In this document: one piece after another, positions 34,601 through 48,897 of the stretch
Position numbering within the stretch: the first letter of the stretch is position 1
Layout of the letters: every line of letters begins with the position of its first letter
DNA from: Eledone cirrhosa
Lineage: Eukaryota
Reading direction: 5' to 3'
NCBI GenBank assembly: GCA_964016885.1
Contig: CAXHJY010001169.1
Location: 1 to 64,000 of the forward strand
DNA length: 64,000 nucleotides
Made by a program: the position numbers and the translations under genes
Notes under the pieces: model-generated
Told to the model about the DNA's origin: nothing
The model's input: only the letters and a program-made list of their open reading frames with translations
Databases searched by the model: none

Positions 34601-37249
34601 AATAGCGATATATATGTGAATATAGACATAGAATATTCGAAAATATTCTGTATGTTTATAATAAACATTTTGAAGACCTAATCGCTATAGAATAGAATAC
34701 GTCACGTATTACAATTAGATTCTCGATAAAAGCAAGGGAAGTAATCTACGCGTTTCATTCTTGTTAGAAATCATCAGGACTACATATCCAGTGCTTTTAT
34801 CGAGAATGACACAGCTAGAGACTTATAGAATACTTAGCTGTGTACAGGAACTGGTTTGAAAGAGCGGTTGCCGGTCCGGCAGAAATTAGAAATTGGAATA
34901 AATGCTCTGAAATAGCGATATATATGTGAATATAGACATAGAATATTCGAAAATATTCTGTATGTTTATAATAAACATTTTGAAGACCTAATCGCTATAG
35001 AATAGAATACGTCACGTATTACAATTAGATTCTCGATAAAAGCAAGGGAAGTAATCTACGCGTTTCATTCTTGTTAGAAATCATCAGGACTACATATCCA
35101 GTGCTTTTATCGAGAATGACACAGCTAGAGACTTATAGAATACTTAGCTGTGTACAGGAACTGGTTTGAAAGAGCGGTTGCCGGTCCGGCAGAAATTAGA
35201 AATTGGAATAAATGCTCTGAAATAGCGATATATATGTGAATATAGACATAGAATATTCGAAAATATTCTGTATGTTTATAATAAACATTTTGAAGACCTA
35301 ATCGCTATAGAATAGAATACGTCACGTATTACAATTAGATTCTCGATAAAAGCAAGGGAAGTAATCTACGCGTTTCATTCTTGTTAGAAATCATCAGGAC
35401 TACATATCCAGTGCTTTTATCGAGAATGACACAGCTAGAGACTTATAGAATACTTAGCTGTGTACAGGAACTGGTTTGAAAGAGCGGTTGCCGGTCCGGC
35501 AGAAATTAGAAATTGGAATAAATGCTCTGAAATAGCGATATATATGTGAATATAGACATAGAATATTCGAAAATATTCTGTATGTTTATAATAAACATTT
35601 TGAAGACCTAATCGCTATAGAATAGAATACGTCACGTATTACAATTAGATTCTCGATAAAAGCAAGGGAAGTAATCTACGCGTTTCATTCTTGTTAGAAA
35701 TCATCAGGACTACATATCCAGTGCTTTTATCGAGAATGACACAGCTAGAGACTTATAGAATACTTAGCTGTGTACAGGAACTGGTTTGAAAGAGCGGTTG
35801 CCGGTCCGGCAGAAATTAGAAATTGGAATAAATGCTCTGAAATAGCGATATATATGTGAATATAGACATAGAATATTCGAAAATATTCTGTATGTTTATA
35901 ATAAACATTTTGAAGACCTAATCGCTATAGAATAGAATACGTCACGTATTACAATTAGATTCTCGATAAAAGCAAGGGAAGTAATCTACGCGTTTCATTC
36001 TTGTTAGAAATCATCAGGACTACATATCCAGTGCTTTTATCGAGAATGACACAGCTAGAGACTTATAGAATACTTAGCTGTGTACAGGAACTGGTTTGAA
36101 AGAGCGGTTGCCGGTCCGGCAGAAATTAGAAATTGGAATAAATGCTCTGAAATAGCGATATATATGTGAATATAGACATAGAATATTCGAAAATATTCTG
36201 TATGTTTATAATAAACATTTTGAAGACCTAATCGCTATAGAATAGAATACGTCACGTATTACAATTAGATTCTCGATAAAAGCAAGGGAAGTAATCTACG
36301 CGTTTCATTCTTGTTAGAAATCATCAGGACTACATATCCAGTGCTTTTATCGAGAATGACACAGCTAGAGACTTATAGAATACTTAGCTGTGTACAGGAA
36401 CTGGTTTGAAAGAGCGGTTGCCGGTCCGGCAGAAATTAGAAATTGGAATAAATGCTCTGAAATAGCGATATATATGTGAATATAGACATAGAATATTCGA
36501 AAATATTCTGTATGTTTATAATAAACATTTTGAAGACCTAATCGCTATAGAATAGAATACGTCACGTATTACAATTAGATTCTCGATAAAAGCAAGGGAA
36601 GTAATCTACGCGTTTCATTCTTGTTAGAAATCATCAGGACTACATATCCAGTGCTTTTATCGAGAATGACACAGCTAGAGACTTATAGAATACTTAGCTG
36701 TGTACAGGAACTGGTTTGAAAGAGCGGTTGCCGGTCCGGCAGAAATTAGAAATTGGAATAAATGCTCTGAAATAGCGATATATATGTGAATATAGACATA
36801 GAATATTCGAAAATATTCTGTATGTTTATAATAAACATTTTGAAGACCTAATCGCTATAGAATAGAATACGTCACGTATTACAATTAGATTCTCGATAAA
36901 AGCAAGGGAAGTAATCTACGCGTTTCATTCTTGTTAGAAATCATCAGGACTACATATCCAGTGCTTTTATCGAGAATGACACAGCTAGAGACTTATAGAA
37001 TACTTAGCTGTGTACAGGAACTGGTTTGAAAGAGCGGTTGCCGGTCCGGCAGAAATTAGAAATTGGAATAAATGCTCTGAAATAGCGATATATATGTGAA
37101 TATAGACATAGAATATTCGAAAATATTCTGTATGTTTATAATAAACATTTTGAAGACCTAATCGCTATAGAATAGAATACGTCACGTATTACAATTAGAT
37201 TCTCGATAAAAGCAAGGGAAGTAATCTACGCGTTTCATTCTTGTTAGAA
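28680..37249 (-). repeat. 310 bp tandem array, left arm (27 full units + 199 bp); HHR on minus strand
   Basis: AGAAATTAGAAATTGG recurs at 28681, 28991 ... 37051. Only variants seen: 30955 G>A and 31029 C>G. Confidence 0.98.
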
Positions 37250-40200
37250 CAGAATATTTTCGAATATTCTATGTCTATATTCACATATATATCGCTATTT
37301 CAGAGCATTTATTCCAATTTCTAATTTCTGCCGGACCGGCAACCGCTCTTTCAAACCAGTTCCTGTACACAGCTAAGTATTCTATAAGTCTCTAGCTGTG
37401 TCATTCTCGATAAAAGCACTGGATATGTAGTCCTGATGATTTCTAACAAGAATGAAACGCGTAGATTACTTCCCTTGCTTTTATCGAGAATCTAATTGTA
37501 ATACGTGACGTATTCTATTCTATAGCGATTAGGTCTTCAAAATGTTTATTATAAACATACAGAATATTTTCGAATATTCTATGTCTATATTCACATATAT
37601 ATCGCTATTTCAGAGCATTTATTCCAATTTCTAATTTCTGCCGGACCGGCAACCGCTCTTTCAAACCAGTTCCTGTACACAGCTAAGTATTCTATAAGTC
37701 TCTAGCTGTGTCATTCTCGATAAAAGCACTGGATATGTAGTCCTGATGATTTCTAACAAGAATGAAACGCGTAGATTACTTCCCTTGCTTTTATCGAGAA
37801 TCTAATTGTAATACGTGACGTATTCTATTCTATAGCGATTAGGTCTTCAAAATGTTTATTATAAACATACAGAATATTTTCGAATATTCTATGTCTATAT
37901 TCACATATATATCGCTATTTCAGAGCATTTATTCCAATTTCTAATTTCTGCCGGACCGGCAACCGCTCTTTCAAACCAGTTCCTGTACACAGCTAAGTAT
38001 TCTATAAGTCTCTAGCTGTGTCATTCTCGATAAAAGCACTGGATATGTAGTCCTGATGATTTCTAACAAGAATGAAACGCGTAGATTACTTCCCTTGCTT
38101 TTATCGAGAATCTAATTGTAATACGTGACGTATTCTATTCTATAGCGATTAGGTCTTCAAAATGTTTATTATAAACATACAGAATATTTTCGAATATTCT
38201 ATGTCTATATTCACATATATATCGCTATTTCAGAGCATTTATTCCAATTTCTAATTTCTGCCGGACCGGCAACCGCTCTTTCAAACCAGTTCCTGTACAC
38301 AGCTAAGTATTCTATAAGTCTCTAGCTGTGTCATTCTCGATAAAAGCACTGGATATGTAGTCCTGATGATTTCTAACAAGAATGAAACGCGTAGATTACT
38401 TCCCTTGCTTTTATCGAGAATCTAATTGTAATACGTGACGTATTCTATTCTATAGCGATTAGGTCTTCAAAATGTTTATTATAAACATACAGAATATTTT
38501 CGAATATTCTATGTCTATATTCACATATATATCGCTATTTCAGAGCATTTATTCCAATTTCTAATTTCTGCCGGACCGGCAACCGCTCTTTCAAACCAGT
38601 TCCTGTACACAGCTAAGTATTCTATAAGTCTCTAGCTGTGTCATTCTCGATAAAAGCACTGGATATGTAGTCCTGATGATTTCTAACAAGAATGAAACGC
38701 GTAGATTACTTCCCTTGCTTTTATCGAGAATCTAATTGTAATACGTGACGTATTCTATTCTATAGCGATTAGGTCTTCAAAATGTTTATTATAAACATAC
38801 AGAATATTTTCGAATATTCTATGTCTATATTCACATATATATCGCTATTTCAGAGCATTTATTCCAATTTCTAATTTCTGCCGGACCGGCAACCGCTCTT
38901 TCAAACCAGTTCCTGTACACAGCTAAGTATTCTATAAGTCTCTAGCTGTGTCATTCTCGATAAAAGCACTGGATATGTAGTCCTGATGATTTCTAACAAG
39001 AATGAAACGCGTAGATTACTTCCCTTGCTTTTATCGAGAATCTAATTGTAATACGTGACGTATTCTATTCTATAGCGATTAGGTCTTCAAAATGTTTATT
39101 ATAAACATACAGAATATTTTCGAATATTCTATGTCTATATTCACATATATATCGCTATTTCAGAGCATTTATTCCAATTTCTAATTTCTGCCGGACCGGC
39201 AACCGCTCTTTCAAACCAGTTCCTGTACACAGCTAAGTATTCTATAAGTCTCTAGCTGTGTCATTCTCGATAAAAGCACTGGATATGTAGTCCTGATGAT
39301 TTCTAACAAGAATGAAACGCGTAGATTACTTCCCTTGCTTTTATCGAGAATCTAATTGTAATACGTGACGTATTCTATTCTATAGCGATTAGGTCTTCAA
39401 AATGTTTATTATAAACATACAGAATATTTTCGAATATTCTATGTCTATATTCACATATATATCGCTATTTCAGAGCATTTATTCCAATTTCTAATTTCTG
39501 CCGGACCGGCAACCGCTCTTTCAAACCAGTTCCTGTACACAGCTAAGTATTCTATAAGTCTCTAGCTGTGTCATTCTCGATAAAAGCACTGGATATGTAG
39601 TCCTGATGATTTCTAACAAGAATGAAACGCGTAGATTACTTCCCTTGCTTTTATCGAGAATCTAATTGTAATACGTGACGTATTCTATTCTATAGCGATT
39701 AGGTCTTCAAAATGTTTATTATAAACATACAGAATATTTTCGAATATTCTATGTCTATATTCACATATATATCGCTATTTCAGAGCATTTATTCCAATTT
39801 CTAATTTCTGCCGGACCGGCAACCGCTCTTTCAAACCAGTTCCTGTACACAGCTAAGTATTCTATAAGTCTCTAGCTGTGTCATTCTCGATAAAAGCACT
39901 GGATATGTAGTCCTGATGATTTCTAACAAGAATGAAACGCGTAGATTACTTCCCTTGCTTTTATCGAGAATCTAATTGTAATACGTGACGTATTCTATTC
40001 TATAGCGATTAGGTCTTCAAAATGTTTATTATAAACATACAGAATATTTTCGAATATTCTATGTCTATATTCACATATATATCGCTATTTCAGAGCATTT
40101 ATTCCAATTTCTAATTTCTGCCGGACCGGCAACCGCTCTTTCAAACCAGTTCCTGTACACAGCTAAGTATTCTATAAGTCTCTAGCTGTGTCATTCTCGA

Positions 40201-43200
40201 TAAAAGCACTGGATATGTAGTCCTGATGATTTCTAACAAGAATGAAACGCGTAGATTACTTCCCTTGCTTTTATCGAGAATCTAATTGTAATACGTGACG
40301 TATTCTATTCTATAGCGATTAGGTCTTCAAAATGTTTATTATAAACATACAGAATATTTTCGAATATTCTATGTCTATATTCACATATATATCGCTATTT
40401 CAGAGCATTTATTCCAATTTCTAATTTCTGCCGGACCGGCAACCGCTCTTTCAAACCAGTTCCTGTACACAGCTAAGTATTCTATAAGTCTCTAGCTGTG
40501 TCATTCTCGATAAAAGCACTGGATATGTAGTCCTGATGATTTCTAACAAGAATGAAACGCGTAGATTACTTCCCTTGCTTTTATCGAGAATCTAATTGTA
40601 ATACGTGACGTATTCTATTCTATAGCGATTAGGTCTTCAAAATGTTTATTATAAACATACAGAATATTTTCGAATATTCTATGTCTATATTCACATATAT
40701 ATCGCTATTTCAGAGCATTTATTCCAATTTCTAATTTCTGCCGGACCGGCAACCGCTCTTTCAAACCAGTTCCTGTACACAGCTAAGTATTCTATAAGTC
40801 TCTAGCTGTGTCATTCTCGATAAAAGCACTGGATATGTAGTCCTGATGATTTCTAACAAGAATGAAACGCGTAGATTACTTCCCTTGCTTTTATCGAGAA
40901 TCTAATTGTAATACGTGACGTATTCTATTCTATAGCGATTAGGTCTTCAAAATGTTTATTATAAACATACAGAATATTTTCGAATATTCTATGTCTATAT
41001 TCACATATATATCGCTATTTCAGAGCATTTATTCCAATTTCTAATTTCTGCCGGACCGGCAACCGCTCTTTCAAACCAGTTCCTGTACACAGCTAAGTAT
41101 TCTATAAGTCTCTAGCTGTGTCATTCTCGATAAAAGCACTGGATATGTAGTCCTGATGATTTCTAACAAGAATGAAACGCGTAGATTACTTCCCTTGCTT
41201 TTATCGAGAATCTAATTGTAATACGTGACGTATTCTATTCTATAGCGATTAGGTCTTCAAAATGTTTATTATAAACATACAGAATATTTTCGAATATTCT
41301 ATGTCTATATTCACATATATATCGCTATTTCAGAGCATTTATTCCAATTTCTAATTTCTGCCGGACCGGCAACCGCTCTTTCAAACCAGTTCCTGTACAC
41401 AGCTAAGTATTCTATAAGTCTCTAGCTGTGTCATTCTCGATAAAAGCACTGGATATGTAGTCCTGATGATTTCTAACAAGAATGAAACGCGTAGATTACT
41501 TCCCTTGCTTTTATCGAGAATCTAATTGTAATACGTGACGTATTCTATTCTATAGCGATTAGGTCTTCAAAATGTTTATTATAAACATACAGAATATTTT
41601 CGAATATTCTATGTCTATATTCACATATATATCGCTATTTCAGAGCATTTATTCCAATTTCTAATTTCTGCCGGACCGGCAACCGCTCTTTCAAACCAGT
41701 TCCTGTACACAGCTAAGTATTCTATAAGTCTCTAGCTGTGTCATTCTCGATAAAAGCACTGGATATGTAGTCCTGATGATTTCTAACAAGAATGAAACGC
41801 GTAGATTACTTCCCTTGCTTTTATCGAGAATCTAATTGTAATACGTGACGTATTCTATTCTATAGCGATTAGGTCTTCAAAATGTTTATTATAAACATAC
41901 AGAATATTTTCGAATATTCTATGTCTATATTCACATATATATCGCTATTTCAGAGCATTTATTCCAATTTCTAATTTCTGCCGGACCGGCAACCGCTCTT
42001 TCAAACCAGTTCCTGTACACAGCTAAGTATTCTATAAGTCTCTAGCTGTGTCATTCTCGATAAAAGCACTGGATATGTAGTCCTGATGATTTCTAACAAG
42101 AATGAAACGCGTAGATTACTTCCCTTGCTTTTATCGAGAATCTAATTGTAATACGTGACGTATTCTATTCTATAGCGATTAGGTCTTCAAAATGTTTATT
42201 ATAAACATACAGAATATTTTCGAATATTCTATGTCTATATTCACATATATATCGCTATTTCAGAGCATTTATTCCAATTTCTAATTTCTGCCGGACCGGC
42301 AACCGCTCTTTCAAACCAGTTCCTGTACACAGCTAAGTATTCTATAAGTCTCTAGCTGTGTCATTCTCGATAAAAGCACTGGATATGTAGTCCTGATGAT
42401 TTCTAACAAGAATGAAACGCGTAGATTACTTCCCTTGCTTTTATCGAGAATCTAATTGTAATACGTGACGTATTCTATTCTATAGCGATTAGGTCTTCAA
42501 AATGTTTATTATAAACATACAGAATATTTTCGAATATTCTATGTCTATATTCACATATATATCGCTATTTCAGAGCATTTATTCCAATTTCTAATTTCTG
42601 CCGGACCGGCAACCGCTCTTTCAAACCAGTTCCTGTACACAGCTAAGTATTCTATAAGTCTCTAGCTGTGTCATTCTCGATAAAAGCACTGGATATGTAG
42701 TCCTGATGATTTCTAACAAGAATGAAACGCGTAGATTACTTCCCTTGCTTTTATCGAGAATCTAATTGTAATACGTGACGTATTCTATTCTATAGCGATT
42801 AGGTCTTCAAAATGTTTATTATAAACATACAGAATATTTTCGAATATTCTATGTCTATATTCACATATATATCGCTATTTCAGAGCATTTATTCCAATTT
42901 CTAATTTCTGCCGGACCGGCAACCGCTCTTTCAAACCAGTTCCTGTACACAGCTAAGTATTCTATAAGTCTCTAGCTGTGTCATTCTCGATAAAAGCACT
43001 GGATATGTAGTCCTGATGATTTCTAACAAGAATGAAACGCGTAGATTACTTCCCTTGCTTTTATCGAGAATCTAATTGTAATACGTGACGTATTCTATTC
43101 TATAGCGATTAGGTCTTCAAAATGTTTATTATAAACATACAGAATATTTTCGAATATTCTATGTCTATATTCACATATATATCGCTATTTCAGAGCATTT

Positions 43201-46200
43201 ATTCCAATTTCTAATTTCTGCCGGACCGGCAACCGCTCTTTCAAACCAGTTCCTGTACACAGCTAAGTATTCTATAAGTCTCTAGCTGTGTCATTCTCGA
43301 TAAAAGCACTGGATATGTAGTCCTGATGATTTCTAACAAGAATGAAACGCGTAGATTACTTCCCTTGCTTTTATCGAGAATCTAATTGTAATACGTGACG
43401 TATTCTATTCTATAGCGATTAGGTCTTCAAAATGTTTATTATAAACATACAGAATATTTTCGAATATTCTATGTCTATATTCACATATATATCGCTATTT
43501 CAGAGCATTTATTCCAATTTCTAATTTCTGCCGGACCGGCAACCGCTCTTTCAAACCAGTTCCTGTACACAGCTAAGTATTCTATAAGTCTCTAGCTGTG
43601 TCATTCTCGATAAAAGCACTGGATATGTAGTCCTGATGATTTCTAACAAGAATGAAACGCGTAGATTACTTCCCTTGCTTTTATCGAGAATCTAATTGTA
43701 ATACGTGACGTATTCTATTCTATAGCGATTAGGTCTTCAAAATGTTTATTATAAACATACAGAATATTTTCGAATATTCTATGTCTATATTCACATATAT
43801 ATCGCTATTTCAGAGCATTTATTCCAATTTCTAATTTCTGCCGGACCGGCAACCGCTCTTTCAAACCAGTTCCTGTACACAGCTAAGTATTCTATAAGTC
43901 TCTAGCTGTGTCATTCTCGATAAAAGCACTGGATATGTAGTCCTGATGATTTCTAACAAGAATGAAACGCGTAGATTACTTCCCTTGCTTTTATCGAGAA
44001 TCTAATTGTAATACGTGACGTATTCTATTCTATAGCGATTAGGTCTTCAAAATGTTTATTATAAACATACAGAATATTTTCGAATATTCTATGTCTATAT
44101 TCACATATATATCGCTATTTCAGAGCATTTATTCCAATTTCTAATTTCTGCCGGACCGGCAACCGCTCTTTCAAACCAGTTCCTGTACACAGCTAAGTAT
44201 TCTATAAGTCTCTAGCTGTGTCATTCTCGATAAAAGCACTGGATATGTAGTCCTGATGATTTCTAACAAGAATGAAACGCGTAGATTACTTCCCTTGCTT
44301 TTATCGAGAATCTAATTGTAATACGTGACGTATTCTATTCTATAGCGATTAGGTCTTCAAAATGTTTATTATAAACATACAGAATATTTTCGAATATTCT
44401 ATGTCTATATTCACATATATATCGCTATTTCAGAGCATTTATTCCAATTTCTAATTTCTGCCGGACCGGCAACCGCTCTTTCAAACCAGTTCCTGTACAC
44501 AGCTAAGTATTCTATAAGTCTCTAGCTGTGTCATTCTCGATAAAAGCACTGGATATGTAGTCCTGATGATTTCTAACAAGAATGAAACGCGTAGATTACT
44601 TCCCTTGCTTTTATCGAGAATCTAATTGTAATACGTGACGTATTCTATTCTATAGCGATTAGGTCTTCAAAATGTTTATTATAAACATACAGAATATTTT
44701 CGAATATTCTATGTCTATATTCACATATATATCGCTATTTCAGAGCATTTATTCCAATTTCTAATTTCTGCCGGACCGGCAACCGCTCTTTCAAACCAGT
44801 TCCTGTACACAGCTAAGTATTCTATAAGTCTCTAGCTGTGTCATTCTCGATAAAAGCACTGGATATGTAGTCCTGATGATTTCTAACAAGAATGAAACGC
44901 GTAGATTACTTCCCTTGCTTTTATCGAGAATCTAATTGTAATACGTGACGTATTCTATTCTATAGCGATTAGGTCTTCAAAATGTTTATTATAAACATAC
45001 AGAATATTTTCGAATATTCTATGTCTATATTCACATATATATCGCTATTTCAGAGCATTTATTCCAATTTCTAATTTCTGCCGGACCGGCAACCGCTCTT
45101 TCAAACCAGTTCCTGTACACAGCTAAGTATTCTATAAGTCTCTAGCTGTGTCATTCTCGATAAAAGCACTGGATATGTAGTCCTGATGATTTCTAACAAG
45201 AATGAAACGCGTAGATTACTTCCCTTGCTTTTATCGAGAATCTAATTGTAATACGTGACGTATTCTATTCTATAGCGATTAGGTCTTCAAAATGTTTATT
45301 ATAAACATACAGAATATTTTCGAATATTCTATGTCTATATTCACATATATATCGCTATTTCAGAGCATTTATTCCAATTTCTAATTTCTGCCGGACCGGC
45401 AACCGCTCTTTCAAACCAGTTCCTGTACACAGCTAAGTATTCTATAAGTCTCTAGCTGTGTCATTCTCGATAAAAGCACTGGATATGTAGTCCTGATGAT
45501 TTCTAACAAGAATGAAACGCGTAGATTACTTCCCTTGCTTTTATCGAGAATCTAATTGTAATACGTGACGTATTCTATTCTATAGCGATTAGGTCTTCAA
45601 AATGTTTATTATAAACATACAGAATATTTTCGAATATTCTATGTCTATATTCACATATATATCGCTATTTCAGAGCATTTATTCCAATTTCTAATTTCTG
45701 CCGGACCGGCAACCGCTCTTTCAAACCAGTTCCTGTACACAGCTAAGTATTCTATAAGTCTCTAGCTGTGTCATTCTCGATAAAAGCACTGGATATGTAG
45801 TCCTGATGATTTCTAACAAGAATGAAACGCGTAGATTACTTCCCTTGCTTTTATCGAGAATCTAATTGTAATACGTGACGTATTCTATTCTATAGCGATT
45901 AGGTCTTCAAAATGTTTATTATAAACATACAGAATATTTTCGAATATTCTATGTCTATATTCACATATATATCGCTATTTCAGAGCATTTATTCCAATTT
46001 CTAATTTCTGCCGGACCGGCAACCGCTCTTTCAAACCAGTTCCTGTACACAGCTAAGTATTCTATAAGTCTCTAGCTGTGTCATTCTCGATAAAAGCACT
46101 GGATATGTAGTCCTGATGATTTCTAACAAGAATGAAACGCGTAGATTACTTCCCTTGCTTTTATCGAGGATCTAATTGTAATACGTGACGTATTCTATTC

Positions 46201-46930
46201 TATAGCGATTAGGTCTTCAAAATGTTTATTATAAACATACAGAATATTTTCGAATATTCTATGTCTATATTCACATATATATCGCTATTTCAGAGCATTT
46301 ATTCCAATTTCTAATTTCTGCCGGACCGGCAACCGCTCTTTCAAACCAGTTCCTGTACACAGCTAAGTATTCTATAAGTCTCTAGCTGTGTCATTCTCGA
46401 TAAAAGCACTGGATATGTAGTCCTGATGATTTCTAACAAGAATGAAACGCGTAGATTACTTCCCTTGCTTTTATCGAGAATCTAATTGTAATACGTGACG
46501 TATTCTATTCTATAGCGATTAGGTCTTCAAAATGTTTATTATAAACATACAGAATATTTTCGAATATTCTATGTCTATATTCACATATATATCGCTATTT
46601 CAGAGCATTTATTCCAATTTCTAATTTCTGCCGGACCGGCAACCGCTCTTTCAAACCAGTTCCTGTACACAGCTAAGTATTCTATAAGTCTCTAGCTGTG
46701 TCATTCTCGATAAAAGCACTGGATATGTAGTCCTGATGATTTCTAACAAGAATGAAACGCGTAGATTACTTCCCTTGCTTTTATCGAGAATCTAATTGTA
46801 ATACGTGACGTATTCTATTCTATAGCGATTAGGTCTTCAAAATGTTTATTATAAACATACAGAATATTTTCGAATATTCTATGTCTATATTCACATATAT
46901 ATCGCTATTTCAGAGCATTTATTCCAATTT
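37250..46930 (+). repeat. 310 bp tandem array, right arm, inverted (31 full units + 71 bp); HHR on plus strand
   Basis: CAGAATATTTTCG recurs at 37250 ... 46860 and is the reverse complement of the left-arm unit. Only variant seen: 46169 A>G. Confidence 0.98.
37403..37491 (+). ncRNA. Type I hammerhead ribozyme in each 310 bp unit (representative; ~58 complete copies)
   Basis: GTAGTC-CTGATGA-T-TTCT(AACA)AGAA-T-GAAA-CGCG-TA-GATTAC with palindromic ACGCGT helix III. Helix I is extended by a perfect 16 bp ATTCTCGATAAAAGCA/TGCTTTTATCGAGAAT stem. Predicted cut after 37463. Confidence 0.88.
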
Positions 46931-46963
46931 ATATATATATATATTTATATATATATATATATG

Positions 46964-47033
<70 letters not shown>

Positions 47034-47180
47034 AGGATTAAAATACTGGAGCGTATTGGTGTTAAACACCCTCTTCGTATTATAGAAATGACAGTAAAAG
47101 GTATAGCTCAATGTAATTAAACAGAGCCGAAGAATTATGAAAATAAAACAAAGAAGCCTTCAATACATCAAAAGTCTTTA

Positions 47181-47225
47181 TTAGCCAACAATGTTTCGTC
47201 CTACTAAGGACTCATCAGGGCAATC
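47181..47225 (-). ncRNA. Type I hammerhead ribozyme of the Naiad-like PLE
   Basis: TTGCC-CTGATGA-GTCCT(TAGT)AGGAC-GAAA-CATTG-TT-GGCTAATAAA. Confidence 0.85.
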
Positions 47226-48897
47226 AAAACCACAAGAAGTACTATCGGCCAATACAAGCCGAAAACTCCGAAGAATATGGAGTGTACATACACTAAAGTA
47301 TTGGAAGATTATGGGTAAAAATATATAATATAAATCACTAAGGGGTGGATAACATTTTGAACCATATTACAAATATAGTCCAAAGCAAAAAAACTAGAGC
47401 TAAACAAAGGTGGTTATATAGAGCGGGAATTATGGTACTATATATAATACAATATAATATAATATAATATACTTGTAACAATATTAAAATTAAAATTAAA
47501 ATTAAAAGGCACAATATGCATATGTATATATGTACGCACACGTACGCACATATAGATATACATCAATACACATTTCCATCATTAACAGCACAAATTAAAC
47601 CTTATTAAGAGTTTAAATATAAATAAGCATAATAGGAATAAAAATAATAATACGTATATCTAATATACAGTATAACATGAAGTAATGAAATGATTAAAAG
47701 TAACACATATAATATATAATAAACTATATAATTATATAATATATAATATAATATAATAGATAATCTCCGGTTAATTTACACAAACAATATAGATGTCACA
47801 ATAATACTATAATAATAATATAATAATATATAATATATAATGGCATGTAAGTTAACAAATCAATTCATATAGAGTTACAGAGTAGGTGAGAAAAAAATAT
47901 AAATTGTACAATACCCAAAATTATGATGGTACAAAAATATAAACATCTTACATGATATATAAAATTTAACATATCATAATGGTACATAAAATCATCGGTA
48001 AGTAATAAGGATCAATAGTACAATAACAACTTCAATATAAAATAATGAACATAATATAATATATAATTACTTATAATTACAAGGTTGGTAAACAGACACA
48101 TATGTGAATGAGTGAATAAGGGCCAGACAGAAAATACTATGCACAGTAGTATTAATAAATAAATAAATAAAATCAACCGGAAATTAAAAAACAAAAACAA
48201 AAGTATTTACTTAGGTCTCACATGCAGTTAAGTAAAAACTTAGGAAACAACCCAGATAAATGACTAGAAAACCCTATTTGATAAATTAATATTGAAAATA
48301 TTTAAAATACCTAATAAGGCAATACAATATTAGCTATGGTTTAAGTAATCAAAATTCTTAAACATTAATATTTCACTATAAATATATATAGAAAGGAATG
48401 AAATATTCTACTATCATTTACATAACGATATCTAAAAAACTGACTTAAGCAGAATTATGGTAGGCTAATAGGGACAGAAAAAAAGAAATGTATAGGGGAA
48501 ACAAAGGAGCATAAAATCATAATCAATATACTGTATTATATAATAGAAAGGAGCATAAAAGAGGGGGGATATTAAATATAATCATAATATATTTGAAGGG
48601 GTTGGCAATAAGTTTATGTGTGCATGGGGAGGGGGGGGGGGGTGTTATCCAAAGAAGAATCCAAATAAAATAAAATAAAATGAAATAAAATAAAATAATA
48701 TAAAATATATAATCAGATATATACTCATAAGGTGTTAATAGTGAAAATTTAATGTGTAAGATAGATATGGTATAGTAGCCAAAAGATTATGAGAGCTAGA
48801 ATAAAAAGTTGTCAAAAACCAATGATAATAATGATGATAATAATGGTGGTAAACAAAAAGAACCTAAACTAAAAAAATAAGTAATGGAATATATCAG

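Noticed and set aside
28680-46930. CRISPR array or rDNA/5S/tRNA/snRNA cluster
   Set aside because: Units are identical with no variable spacers, there are no cas genes, and I recognise no rRNA, tRNA or snRNA sequence; the HHR explains the unit better.
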